Below, in pieces: positions 9,047 to 18,540 of a stretch of DNA of 64,000 nt (positions are counted from its first letter, which is position 1; every line of letters starts with the position of its first letter). The notes under the pieces were generated by a model, which was not told the origin of the DNA, searched no databases, and saw nothing but the letters and a program-made list of their open reading frames with translations. Origin of the DNA: an uncultured archaeon (GTDB lineage Archaea; Thermoproteota; Nitrososphaeria; Nitrososphaerales; Gagatemarchaeaceae); the NCBI GenBank assembly GCA_963817525.1, contig CAWFOU010000007.1, positions 1 through 64,000 of the forward strand, given 5' to 3'. The translations under genes were made by a program, and so were the position numbers.

Positions 9047-11473
9047 CTAGGAGGCGGGCTTCCTGCCGCGCATAGCAAGATAGCCCGAGACGATGATGAA
9101 GATCACGGCGACTGCCGCGACTCCATAGAGCGCTGTTGAGTTGGACGATGATGTGACCGTTGTCGTGGAGACTGAGATGGAGACCGAGAGGGCCGCCGTG
9201 GAGGTCGTAGTGACAGTCGTCGTTACGCCGGTCGACGCAACTCCGCTCTGCAGTGAAAGTGCGAGGACGTCACCAGGCGTGGTGCCCGGACACGTTGTGA
9301 CGGCCTCTAGGTCGCACGTCCCTACCGACAATAGGATGTATTCCTGGCCCCCGACGGACGCGCCGAACGAGACGCCCTCGTCCATTGGTGCGCCGATGTA
9401 GTAGTCGCGGAGGAGGTCGCCATTGGTCGCGTTGAGCATCAGCATGTCGCCCGATGACTCCGTCAGGTAGACGACGCCGCCACTCGCGACGGTCTTGCCT
9501 CGGTATCCCTCGCTTGGTTGGGTGTAGTGCCACACTATCTGGCCCGTGGCGCCGTTGATGTCCCATGTCGTGGAATTGTCGTCGATGAACCCACAGGTGG
9601 GGCATGGCGCTATTCCGAGGCCAGCAGACGAGAAGTAGTTGGACGAGTTCAGAAGTACCTGGGCTTCGTAGTATGGAACGATGTGTGTCGTTGCGTAGAT
9701 CTGGTTGTTCGCTGGGTCGTATGACTGCTCGCCCTCGAAGCCGGCTATTGCAGACGGCCACCCTAGGTACGGAGGATTCGTGCCTAGTATGCAGGCACTC
9801 GTGAAGGTTGGCGCGCAGTTGGTCATGGCGGTTGGCCAGTCGAAGCTCATCTGAGTCGCGTTGAGAGGGTTCCACATGTAGCAGACGGGGCACCTGGCTG
9901 CGCCTGGTGTCACGACCTGGCTAGGCGGGCTCCAGGCCCAGATTAGGTTCCCTGTCACGGCGTTGATCTCGTAGAGGTAGCCGTTCTTGCAGGTCTTGAG
10001 GATCACCTCGGTGTTGACGCCGCTGATGGTCTCGTTGGCTAGTGCCTGGTACCACGAGCAGTCCCAGTCCCAGAGGTCGTGCGCGTTCGCCTGGAAGGCC
10101 CACACCACCTGGCCTGTGGTCAGGTTGAGTGCGAGAGTAGCGGCGGACCAGAGGTCTGGTCCTGGGGTGCACGAGCTAGCGTAAGGATCCTTGTTGTTGG
10201 TGCCCACGAAGGCCAGGCCTGCAGTCTGACCCGAGCCGACCACCCAGGCGCCGCCCCACCCGGAGCCCGTGCTCCCTGTGGAGCCGCCCCCGTCGGTGGC
10301 GAGGCACTGTGCGCTCTGATCGGACTGTCCCCAATCGTTGTACAGCGTTGCGTTGAGCTGTGTCGGTGACAGGCTCTTCCAGTTAACGACGATGTCGTTG
10401 TTGTTGTTGACAAGCAGGCCTCCTGCCACCTCTGTCGGGGTGGTGTACCCGTTAGCAGAGCCGTTCTCACCAGGATAGAAGGTCGATGCCGCGGTCATGT
10501 TGGCGATCAACTGCTGGTCGAAGTAGGGGTTCAGCGCCGCCGTTGGGCTACCAGGCTCTGGAGGAACGTCGTAGGTGATCCACTTCATGGTGACCGGGTT
10601 GGTGTTCAGGTTCCATCCTGCGAAGAAGCCCCTGCCGTTGTCGGCGTCTCCCTCTGCGTCATGGCCCGAGACCAGTACTCCCAGGGTCGGGTTGATGACG
10701 ATGTTGGCCGCGCCAATTCCGTTGTAGATGCTCTGCGGGTTGTTGCCTGCCACCATGTTGAGTCCGGTGAAGTCGGAGAAGTTAAGCTCCTGCTTGCCGG
10801 TGACGGCGTTGACGGCGTAGACCCTGTTGTTCTGCCCCTGGAACCAGAAGGTCGGACCCACGACGCCCGAGAGGAACGTCGCGGTCGTGAACCATACGTT
10901 TCCGTCGTGGGAGTGGAGCGGGACTGGGCCTGTGGCCTCACCTGCCGTCTGGTTGGGGGCGAGCGGGGACATGTATGTCCAGAGGATGTCACCGTTGGCC
11001 ACATTAAAGGCGATGATCTCGTCGTACTCTGTGATAGCGAAGGCAGTGCCGTTGACGACGATTATCGACGTTTGTACGCCCGCGCCCGCGCCATAAAGGC
11101 CGCTAAGAGTGCTGAGCGATGACGGCGTACTCGGCAACGGATAGATCCAGCTCAAGCCCAGATACTGGACGTCGGAGCTGTTGATCTGGCTTTGCGGGTT
11201 GTAGTCCTGGTTGAAGGCGTTGCCGTTCGGGAACTCCCAGTTGGCCTCCGCCTGCGTCAGCGCCGGCGCCGCTGCGGCGGGAGCCGCAGCTACGGCCGAG
11301 GGCGCCGCCGTGTTGGGCGTGGCTGCTGCGGGGTTGACGAGGACAGAAGCACCTATCCCCGAGACGATGAAGAGCAGGCTTAGCGCGATTGCTCGGATCG
11401 ATGTGTTGCTTAATGCTTTCTTAATGCTTTTCCCAAATCCGTTCGTAAGACTATAACGTAAAACCTTCGTCAT
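9047..11473 (-). CDS. PQQ-dehydrogenase-like beta-propeller surface protein, paralog 4
   Basis: 808 aa; HDLWDWD and KNGY motifs; same signal peptide and anchor. Confidence 0.88.
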   Translation of the reverse strand: MTKVLRYSLTNGFGKSIKKALSNTSIRAIALSLLFIVSGIGASVLVNPAAATPNTAAPSAVAAAPAAAAPALTQAEANWEFPNGNAFNQDYNPQSQINSSDVQYLGLSWIYPLPSTPSSLSTLSGLYGAGAGVQTSIIVVNGTAFAITEYDEIIAFNVANGDILWTYMSPLAPNQTAGEATGPVPLHSHDGNVWFTTATFLSGVVGPTFWFQGQNNRVYAVNAVTGKQELNFSDFTGLNMVAGNNPQSIYNGIGAANIVINPTLGVLVSGHDAEGDADNGRGFFAGWNLNTNPVTMKWITYDVPPEPGSPTAALNPYFDQQLIANMTAASTFYPGENGSANGYTTPTEVAGGLLVNNNNDIVVNWKSLSPTQLNATLYNDWGQSDQSAQCLATDGGGSTGSTGSGWGGAWVVGSGQTAGLAFVGTNNKDPYASSCTPGPDLWSAATLALNLTTGQVVWAFQANAHDLWDWDCSWYQALANETISGVNTEVILKTCKNGYLYEINAVTGNLIWAWSPPSQVVTPGAARCPVCYMWNPLNATQMSFDWPTAMTNCAPTFTSACILGTNPPYLGWPSAIAGFEGEQSYDPANNQIYATTHIVPYYEAQVLLNSSNYFSSAGLGIAPCPTCGFIDDNSTTWDINGATGQIVWHYTQPSEGYRGKTVASGGVVYLTESSGDMLMLNATNGDLLRDYYIGAPMDEGVSFGASVGGQEYILLSVGTCDLEAVTTCPGTTPGDVLALSLQSGVASTGVTTTVTTTSTAALSVSISVSTTTVTSSSNSTALYGVAAVAVIFIIVSGYLAMRGRKPAS

Positions 11474-11564
11474 GCGCCGATATGATAGCCATCTCTCTAT
11501 TTATGCATTCGGAGCTTGTTAGAGGATGCACTCTGGGGCCACAATTCAACTTGGTTCTTGACGG

Positions 11565-11690
11565 CAGTCACAAATTATCAAAACGCCGCATATTCCGTTT
11601 GTCAGCATGGACGGTCCACGCCAGGGACCTGCCGACCCGGAGTCTGGATAGGTCGGAGGGTCAAGACCTCCGGTAGGTCAGGCAAAAAAT
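11565..11690. repeat. Conserved intergenic element class A, copy 3
   Basis: GTCACAAATTATCAAAACGCCGCAT..TTTGTCAGCATG..GACCTGCCG/CGGTAGGTC..CAAAAAAT. Confidence 0.85.
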
Positions 11691-11714
11691 GGGAGATGCC
11701 CCCGGTCAGGGGGC
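11684..11714 (-). terminator. GC hairpin plus U-tract downstream of paralog 5
   Basis: GCCCCC-GGTCA-GGGGGC stem, then TTTTTT on the minus strand. Confidence 0.6.
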
Positions 11715-11737
11715 CTGGTTTGTTGTGTCTCCTAAAA

Positions 11738-14270
11738 TTAGGAGGCGGGCTTCCTGCCACGCATGGCAAGATAGCCCGTAGCTAGGATGAAGATCACGGC
11801 GACAACAGCTACTGCATACAGTGCTGTGTTGCTGCTCGATGTTGTGGATGTGGACGTGACCGTGGTAATTGACCCGGTCTGGGTGACTGTGGTGGTCTGC
11901 CCGTTGGCTCCGGTCGTTACCGTGACGGTAGCGCCTGAGGCTGTGGCAGTTGTCGTGGATGTGGCAGTTGTCGTGGATGTGGCAGTTGTCGTGGATGTTG
12001 CTGTCACTGTGGCGGTGCTCGTGCTAGAAGGCGGGAGGTTCTCCAGCGTCAGGGCCACGATGTCTCCCGGCGTTGTGCCTGGACACGTCGCAACGGCCTC
12101 GATGCTGCACGTCCCCACGGGTGTGAGGAGGTACTCCTGCCCGCCGACCGATGCCCCGATGGATACGCCCACGTCCATTGGCGCGCCGATGTAGTAGTCT
12201 CTGATGAGTGCACCTGTCTGGGCGTTCACCATGGTGATGTCGCCCGAGGAGAGCACGTTGTAGACGACGTTACCGCTTTCGTCGGTCTGGCCGCGGTATC
12301 CCTGGAGGGATGCCACCGGGTAGTGCCAGTTGACGGCTCCGGTCTGTGCGTTGATTGACCAGAGCGTGGCGTTGTTGATGATGGTGCCGCAAGTGGGGCA
12401 TGCTGTGGTCGCTTCCCCTGTTGAGGAGAAGTAGGTGGACGCGTTGAGCCCAAAGTAGCCCATGTAGTAGGGCACGAGGTGCGATGTGGCGTAGATTGTG
12501 CCTGTGGTTGGGTTGAATGCCTGCTCGTCCTCGAAGCCGGCCAGTTCAGATGGCCACTGGAGGAACGGAGGCTGTGGGCCTCTTAGGCACGCGATGGTGT
12601 ATGCTGGTGCGCAGTTAGTGAGCGCGGATGGGAAGTCGATGCCGGTCTGGGATGCGTTCATCGGGTTCATGGGGAAGCAGACCGGGCACCTGGTCGATCC
12701 GGGTGCCTCTGAGCCTGCAGGTGGATCCCACGCCCAGATCAAGTTGCCTGTGAGGGCGTTGATCTCGAAGAGGTATCCGTCCTTGCACGTCTTCAGGATG
12801 ACTGGAGTGTTCGCGCCCGAGATGGTCACGTTGGCCAGTGCCTGGTACCACGAGCAGTCGTAGTCCCAGACGTCGTGAGCCGTTGTCTGGAATGCCCATA
12901 CCCACGCGCCCGTCGTTACGTTCAGGGCGATCACTGAGGCTGACCAGAGATTAGGTCCTGGGTTGCAAGGCCCGGTGAACGGGTCCTTGTTGTTGGTGCC
13001 GAGGAAGACCATGCCCTGGGTGTTCCCGGAGCCCATTACCCAAGCCCCGCCCCATGCGGAGCCTGTGGAGCCCGTAGAGCCGCCGCCGTCGATGGCGAGG
13101 CACTGCGAGGTCTGGTCGGACTGTCCCCAGTCGTTGTAGAGTGTGGTGTTGAGCTGAGTCGGAGACAGCGCCTTCCAGTTGACCACTAAGTCGTTGTTGT
13201 TGTTGACGAGTAGTCCTCCTGCCACCTCTGCGGGGGTGGTGTACCCGTTGGTAGAGCCGTCCTCACCAGGGTAGAAGGTCGTGGCGCTCTGAGAGATGTT
13301 GGCGATTAGCTGCTGGTCGAAGTATGGGTTCAGCGACGCCGTTGGGCTCCCTGGTTGGGGAGGAACGTCGTAGGTGATCCACTTCATGGGTGACCGGGTT
13401 GGTGTTCAGGTTCCATCCTGCGAAGAAGCCTCTTCCGTTGTCGGCGTCAATTTCAGCGTCGTGGCCAGACACCAGGATGCCCAGTGTCGGGTTGATGACG
13501 ATGTTCGAGGCGCCGATACCGTTGTAGATGCTCTGCGGGTTGTTGCCTGCCACCATGTTGAGGCCGGTGAAGTCGGAGAAGTTGAGTTCGTACTTGCCGG
13601 TCAGCGCGTTGAGCGCGTAGACACGGTTGTTCTCACCCTGGTACCACAGCGTCGGGCCAGAGACTCCGGCGCCGAAAGTCGCTGTAGTGAACCACTCGTT
13701 GCCGTCGTGGTGGTGCAGCGGGACTGGGCCTGTGGATTGTCCTGCGGTCTGGTTGACCGCCAGTGGCGTGAGGGAAGTCCAGAGCACGTCGCCATTGGCG
13801 ACGTTGAAGGCGATGGTCTCGTCGAACTGCGTGATCACGAATGCCGTGCCATTGACGATGATGATGCTCATGTCTGTTGACCCGCCGAACGTCTCGCCGC
13901 CCGGAGCGAGCGCCGATAGCGACGTCGGGACGGTGGGCATCGGATAGATCCACGCCAGTCCGAGATACTGGACGTTGGAGCTGTTGATCTGGGTCTGCGG
14001 GTTGTAGTCCTGGTCGAAGGCGTTGCCGTTCGGGAACTCCCAGTTTGCCTGCGCCTGAGTCAGCGCTGGCGCTGCCGCGACCGGTGCCGCGGCCGAGGGC
14101 GCTGCTGTGTTCGGCGTGGCTGCTGCTGGGTTGATGAGGACGGATGCGCCGATGCCTGAGACGATGAATAGAAGGCTGAGTGCGATTGCGCGGATTGATG
14201 TGTTGCTTAATGTTTTCTTAATACTTTTCCTAAATGCTTTCGTTATATCCTTCGTTAATTCCTTCGTCAT
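11738..14270 (-). CDS. PQQ-dehydrogenase-like surface protein, paralog 5 (one-base insertion near 13389, probably a sequencing error)
   Basis: ORFs 13263-14279 and 11738-13387 join into a full paralog if one G is removed from CATGGGTGA; paralogs 3 and 4 have CATGGTGA. Confidence 0.85.
11942..11999. repeat. 18-bp tandem repeat encoding the TTTATS linker
   Basis: TGTGGCAGTTGTCGTGGA three times inside the S/T linker of paralog 5. Confidence 0.85.
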
Positions 14271-14433
14271 CAGCCGCAATTCGGCTAAGATGCGCTATTT
14301 AGATATTACATATTCGCATAATTTCGTCTTTCGCGAAAGTGTTTGGAGGAGCTGCCAAGCCTTGGGAAAAATGGGAGGAGGACGGGAGTTGCTCGAATCT
14401 GCGGACATCGCGACGTACGAAAAGTCTGGCAGA

Positions 14434-14691
14434 TCAGCCCAGGACCTGCATGGCAACCCCGGAAGCGACCACGACGACGCCGATCACCATACAGACGATC
14501 CCTATCGTGGCGTCCGGGTTCGTGGGAAGGCCAGGGGGCATCGGCAGTTGGCTGGACTGGGAGGTCCGCTGGAGGTACACGCCCGCTCCGCCCAGCAGGA
14601 ATATCAGGCCGACTAAGACCAGGCCGACCGCCGCGGTCGCCAGTGCTTTTCTGCTCGCCAACGTCGCATTACCACCCCAGACAGGGGTCAA
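14434..14691 (-). CDS. Small two-TM membrane protein
   Basis: Two hydrophobic segments; start uncertain. Confidence 0.6.
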   Translation of the reverse strand: MTPVWGGNATLASRKALATAAVGLVLVGLIFLLGGAGVYLQRTSQSSQLPMPPGLPTNPDATIGIVCMVIGVVVVASGVAMQVLG

Positions 14692-14709
14692 AATAGCTTT
14701 GCGAACAGC

Positions 14710-14898
14710 TTAGGGCGAAGGGCGGCTCGCGGACCGGCGGCGGTCTAGTGCGGAGACGACGCCCCAAGAGGCCAGGGCGAAGACGACCAGCAGAGCGAGG
14801 CCGAGGCCAAGACTGGTGTCCGGTTGGCCCATGGTCGCCGACTCGACGAGGAGTATCGCCGCGGGAATCAGAAAGGGAGCGAGCCGGATGGGGCGCAT
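14710..14898 (-). CDS. Small two-TM membrane protein
   Basis: 62 aa, two hydrophobic helices, basic C-terminal tail. Confidence 0.6.
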   Translation of the reverse strand: MRPIRLAPFLIPAAILLVESATMGQPDTSLGLGLALLVVFALASWGVVSALDRRRSASRPSP

Positions 14899-14965
14899 GC
14901 CTGCGTCCCCTCTCTGTGCGCGTGCTAATCAGCTTTGGGTGGATGGGCCGAGAGCTCGCCCCGGT

Positions 14966-15385
14966 CTAGCCGAACACGAAAGGGAGTATCCCGTACAACG
15001 TCAGGAGCCCCAGGGCCCCCTGCAGCAGGAAGACCACGAGCACGTACTTCGCCATCCGCTTGTGAAGCCTAAAGTCCGCCCTGTCGCGGCCGAAGAGGAG
15101 CATCCCCATACCGAGGGCTCCCTGCACGACGATTAACCCCACGGCCACGGCGAAGTTCACCGTGTGGAAGACCAGCGCCTCGGGGAACGCCGAGATCCCG
15201 CCGTTGGTCAGCACGATGTAGAGCCCCAGGGGGAAGGCGACCATGGACAGCGCAAAGGCGAGGATGCCCGCGGCGTAGTGCAGGCGGAAGTGGAGCTTCT
15301 TCCGGGTCTTGAGCAGGTATGCCGCGACGACCGCGAGGACGGCGCCCGCCGCAATCACTGGATGTATCAGAAGAGTAAGGTCCAT
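14966..15385 (-). CDS. Four-TM protein, cytochrome b561/DUF420/DUF4079-like
   Basis: Four TM segments with His at IHP, RLHY, FHT and LHKR, a pattern typical of di-haem b 4-TM proteins. Confidence 0.55.
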   Translation of the reverse strand: MDLTLLIHPVIAAGAVLAVVAAYLLKTRKKLHFRLHYAAGILAFALSMVAFPLGLYIVLTNGGISAFPEALVFHTVNFAVAVGLIVVQGALGMGMLLFGRDRADFRLHKRMAKYVLVVFLLQGALGLLTLYGILPFVFG

Positions 15386-15449
15386 TCCATCGCAACGTAG
15401 TCTTTCAAATTCCCAATGGATAAATATTGACGAGACCTCGTTCGGTCAG

Positions 15450-16271
15450 TTGCCGCTCATTACGAGCGTCTCGGTGAGGAATATCGTCGAGACCTCGCCC
15501 TGTGTCCTATTCCGGGTCAACGAAGAGGAGCCGATCATCTCGGCCGGCCTCCACCTGTCCCAGCTCGACGTGGAGGGCGTGGTCGCGGTCGACAAGGGCG
15601 GCAAGCCCACGGGGATAATCATCGGCTACAACGTCCTCCGGCTGATCAACCCCAGGACCGTGTGGTCCACCTTCTACAAGACGCGGATCGCGGACTCCAA
15701 GATGCGTGTGCTCCTAGCCAAGCCCGAGGACGACGTCCAGACCATCGCGAAGAACATCCTGAACCAGGGGTGGGGCTACGCCATAGTGGTCAACCCGAGC
15801 GGCGCTCCGACCAACCTCATAGGCTTGCTGGACATCGCCGAGTTCCTGGTAAAGTCAGGGTTCACCGCGAAGGTCACGAACGTCAGGGCCCGAGACAAGG
15901 CGTCGAACCCGCTGATAACGATAAGCGAGGAACTGTCCGTCATGGAGACGATTCGGACCATGCTCGACAAGCACGTCAGGAGGCTGTTCGTGAGGGAGTC
16001 GGAGCAGATCGTTTCAGACAGGGGCCTGATAAGGTGGCTGCTCTCTCCAGCTAACCTCGGGAAGCTGAGGGACGCGCCTGAGGAGGCGCTCGGGTCACCC
16101 GTCCGTCAGCTCGGGCCTATGCTGCACAAGCCGGTCTTCGTGAAGGAGGAGATCGACGCCGCCACTGCCCTGCAGTGGATCAACAAGGGAGACGCGCGCT
16201 GCCTGATAACGGAGAACAGGAAGATGATCCTCACCCCCTGGGACCTGACCATAAGCCTCCTCGCAAAGTGA
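15450..16271 (+). CDS. CBS-domain protein
   Basis: Repeated CBS-like motifs (VVDK.G.PTGII; NPLITI...M.DKHVRRL); TTG start about 27 nt after TAAATA at 15421. Confidence 0.75.
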   Translation: MPLITSVSVRNIVETSPCVLFRVNEEEPIISAGLHLSQLDVEGVVAVDKGGKPTGIIIGYNVLRLINPRTVWSTFYKTRIADSKMRVLLAKPEDDVQTIAKNILNQGWGYAIVVNPSGAPTNLIGLLDIAEFLVKSGFTAKVTNVRARDKASNPLITISEELSVMETIRTMLDKHVRRLFVRESEQIVSDRGLIRWLLSPANLGKLRDAPEEALGSPVRQLGPMLHKPVFVKEEIDAATALQWINKGDARCLITENRKMILTPWDLTISLLAK

Positions 16272-16404
16272 GCCAGCACCCTCTCCCAGCCCGATTCAGC
16301 CCTCGAATCATATCCACGAGGGTAATTTTCGTCCGAATCCGAGTATTCTGATACTCATATTCCCGTCAACTCGCCTTATATAATTTGGTTCGACCGTTTT
16401 GCTC

Positions 16405-16548
16405 GTGAAAGGCAGCAGCTCCAACGCGCAAGCTACCACGACCCCCAAACGCCCTGCGAAGGCGGAAGTGCCAGAGGTCGCCCAGGGTGAAGAGGTAGCG
16501 CTCGGTCAAGAGGTCGTAGAGCGCTTGAAAAGCTGGTGCTACGTGTAG
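16405..16548 (+). CDS. 47-aa micro-ORF upstream of the sulfite reductase
   Basis: GTG...TAG; MKGSSSNAQATTTPKRPAKAEVPEVAQGEEVALGQEVVERLKSWCYV; TTATATAA at 16376-16383. Confidence 0.55.
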   Translation: MKGSSSNAQATTTPKRPAKAEVPEVAQGEEVALGQEVVERLKSWCYV

Positions 16549-16587
16549 CTTATTTACAATACCGCGAGCAGGAAGAGACCCCGAGCG

Positions 16588-18515
16588 ATGACTGACATCA
16601 AGCCGGAGCTTCGCACTCCCCAGGAGGACTGGTCAGGCCCAGAGAAGGCCAAGCTGGCGACCAAAGGCCTGACCCTCGTCATCAAGGACATCAACAGCCC
16701 CGCGAACGTTGCGCACCAGTTCAGGGACACCTACCTTCGAGGACCTCCCCGACGTGGCGGAGACGCTGGCCAAGTCCTTCGGAATCTACACGGACTTCAA
16801 CAGGGCGACCACCGGGGACGAGAAGGAGTACATGTACATGTTCCGCATCGCGATCCCGAGCGGCGGCCCCATGAACGCGAAGCAGTGGGCGATACTCGAC
16901 GACGTCGCCAGGAAGTACACCGCTTCCGACACCTATACGGGGACCATGCAGCCCTCCCTGCGGCTCACGACGCGCCAGGCGATACAGCTCCATTGGGTGA
17001 AGAAGAAAGACGTTGTCCCGGCGATGCAGGAGATAGCGAGCTCCGGGTTCTACACCCTCAACGGGTGCGGCGACAACGTCAGGAACTTCATGGCCTGCCC
17101 GCTCTCCCACTACTCCACGTATTTTGACGGCGTCTCCTTCGCAGAGAGGGCGGCGAAGTACTTCCGCCTCCCCACGCAGGCGTACATCGAGATATTCGAA
17201 ATCGACCCGAAGTACCTCAGGGACGACCGCAAGCCCGGAGAGAAGTTCGAGTACGGCGACAGGCTCCTGAACAGGAAGTTCAAGATCGGGATATCGGGGG
17301 TGGTCCGGGACGAGAAGACCGGGAAATACGTCCCCGACAACTGCGTCGAGGTGAGGACGGACGACATCGGGGTCGTCCCCATCGTCGACGGCGGGAGCAA
17401 GGTAGAGAGGTTCCAGATCTACATCGGCGGGAGCCAGGGCGAGAAGGCAGGGTTCCCCACGTTCTCCACGATGGGCAAGCCGCTCGGCATCGCAAGCGGG
17501 GAGGATGGGGCGCTGAAAGCCCTGGACGCGATAGTGGCGACGCACAAGGAGTGGGGCGACAGGAAGAACAGGAACTGGGCGCGGCTAAAGTACGTGGTCT
17601 ACAAGATGGGCATCCCTTGGTTCAGGGAACAGGTCAAGGCCAGAGGCGCGCAGCTCGAGATGCCCCAGGAGGAGCTCGACTACGGCGGGAGGCACCTGCA
17701 TCAGGGATGGAACAGGCAAGAGACGGATGGCAAATGGGCATACGGGGCGTACATCCAGACGGGGAGGATAATCGACGGAGGCGCAGACGGGAACCTGATG
17801 TCGATGGTCAAGGGCCTCACCGAGAGCTACCCTCAACGTCCTCCTCTTCGTCACTCCCAACCAGGACCTCCTCTTCGGGGGCCTAGAGGAGTGCGAGAAG
17901 GAGAGGTTCGATCGCGGAGATGAAGACGTTCGGGTATGGGAAGAGGAACGGCAAGCCTTCACGACGCTCAGGCTCCTCTCGGGGGCCTGCGTCGGCAGGG
18001 ACACGTGCAGGCTGACCTACACCGACTCTGAGAAGTTCGAGCCCTCCCTGCTGGACGACCTCGACGAGAAGTGGGGGCACATGAACGAGTCCATCGGGAT
18101 CACAGGCTGCGAACGACAGTGCTTCAGGCCGGCCACCAAGACGATCGGGTGGATGGGGACAGGCTACAACTTGTACGCGCTCAAGCTCGGGGGCACCGAG
18201 GACGGCCGGCACCAGGGCGGCTACATAATCGACCCGGAGACGAAGCAGCTATACATGCGGATGGTCCCGCGAAAGGATGTCCCCAAGGTGACTGGCGCCC
18301 TCTTCGAGTTCTACGTCTCCCAGGGGTCCACGGAGGAGCTCAGTAGGCCGGGGCAGATGGGCTACTTCTTCAGGCGCGTGGGCCTGCCTGGGATAATCAA
18401 GTACCTGAAGGGGCACCCCGAGACCGCGGAGCTGATGAAGAAGACCAACCCGAACCCCCTCATCTCGGACCCCTTCTACTCGAACCAGAGCCTCCAGGGC
18501 GACGACAAGCCCTGA
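16588..18515 (+). CDS. Siroheme/[4Fe-4S] sulfite or nitrite reductase haemoprotein (several frameshifts)
   Basis: YMFRIAIP.G, LRLTTRQAIQLH, CGDNVRN, RKFKI, TPNQ, ACVGRDTC and GCERQC motifs spread across frames; shifts near 16730 and 17830-17960. Confidence 0.85.
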
Positions 18516-18540
18516 TGGCGGGCGAAGAAAGGAAAGGGAC

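Noticed and set aside
1361-11714. Repeated intergenic units as a CRISPR array or MITEs
   Set aside because: Copies are kilobases apart and diverged, with no repeat-spacer periodicity, cas genes, terminal inverted repeats or target duplications.
13380-13395. Programmed frameshift or phase variation in paralog 5
   Set aside because: Only GG to GGG, no slippery heptamer or long homopolymer; similar indels hit housekeeping genes throughout the window.
1535-14270. Diversity-generating retroelement acting on the paralogs
   Set aside because: No reverse transcriptase and no template/variable repeat pair with adenine-specific differences; the variation includes indels.
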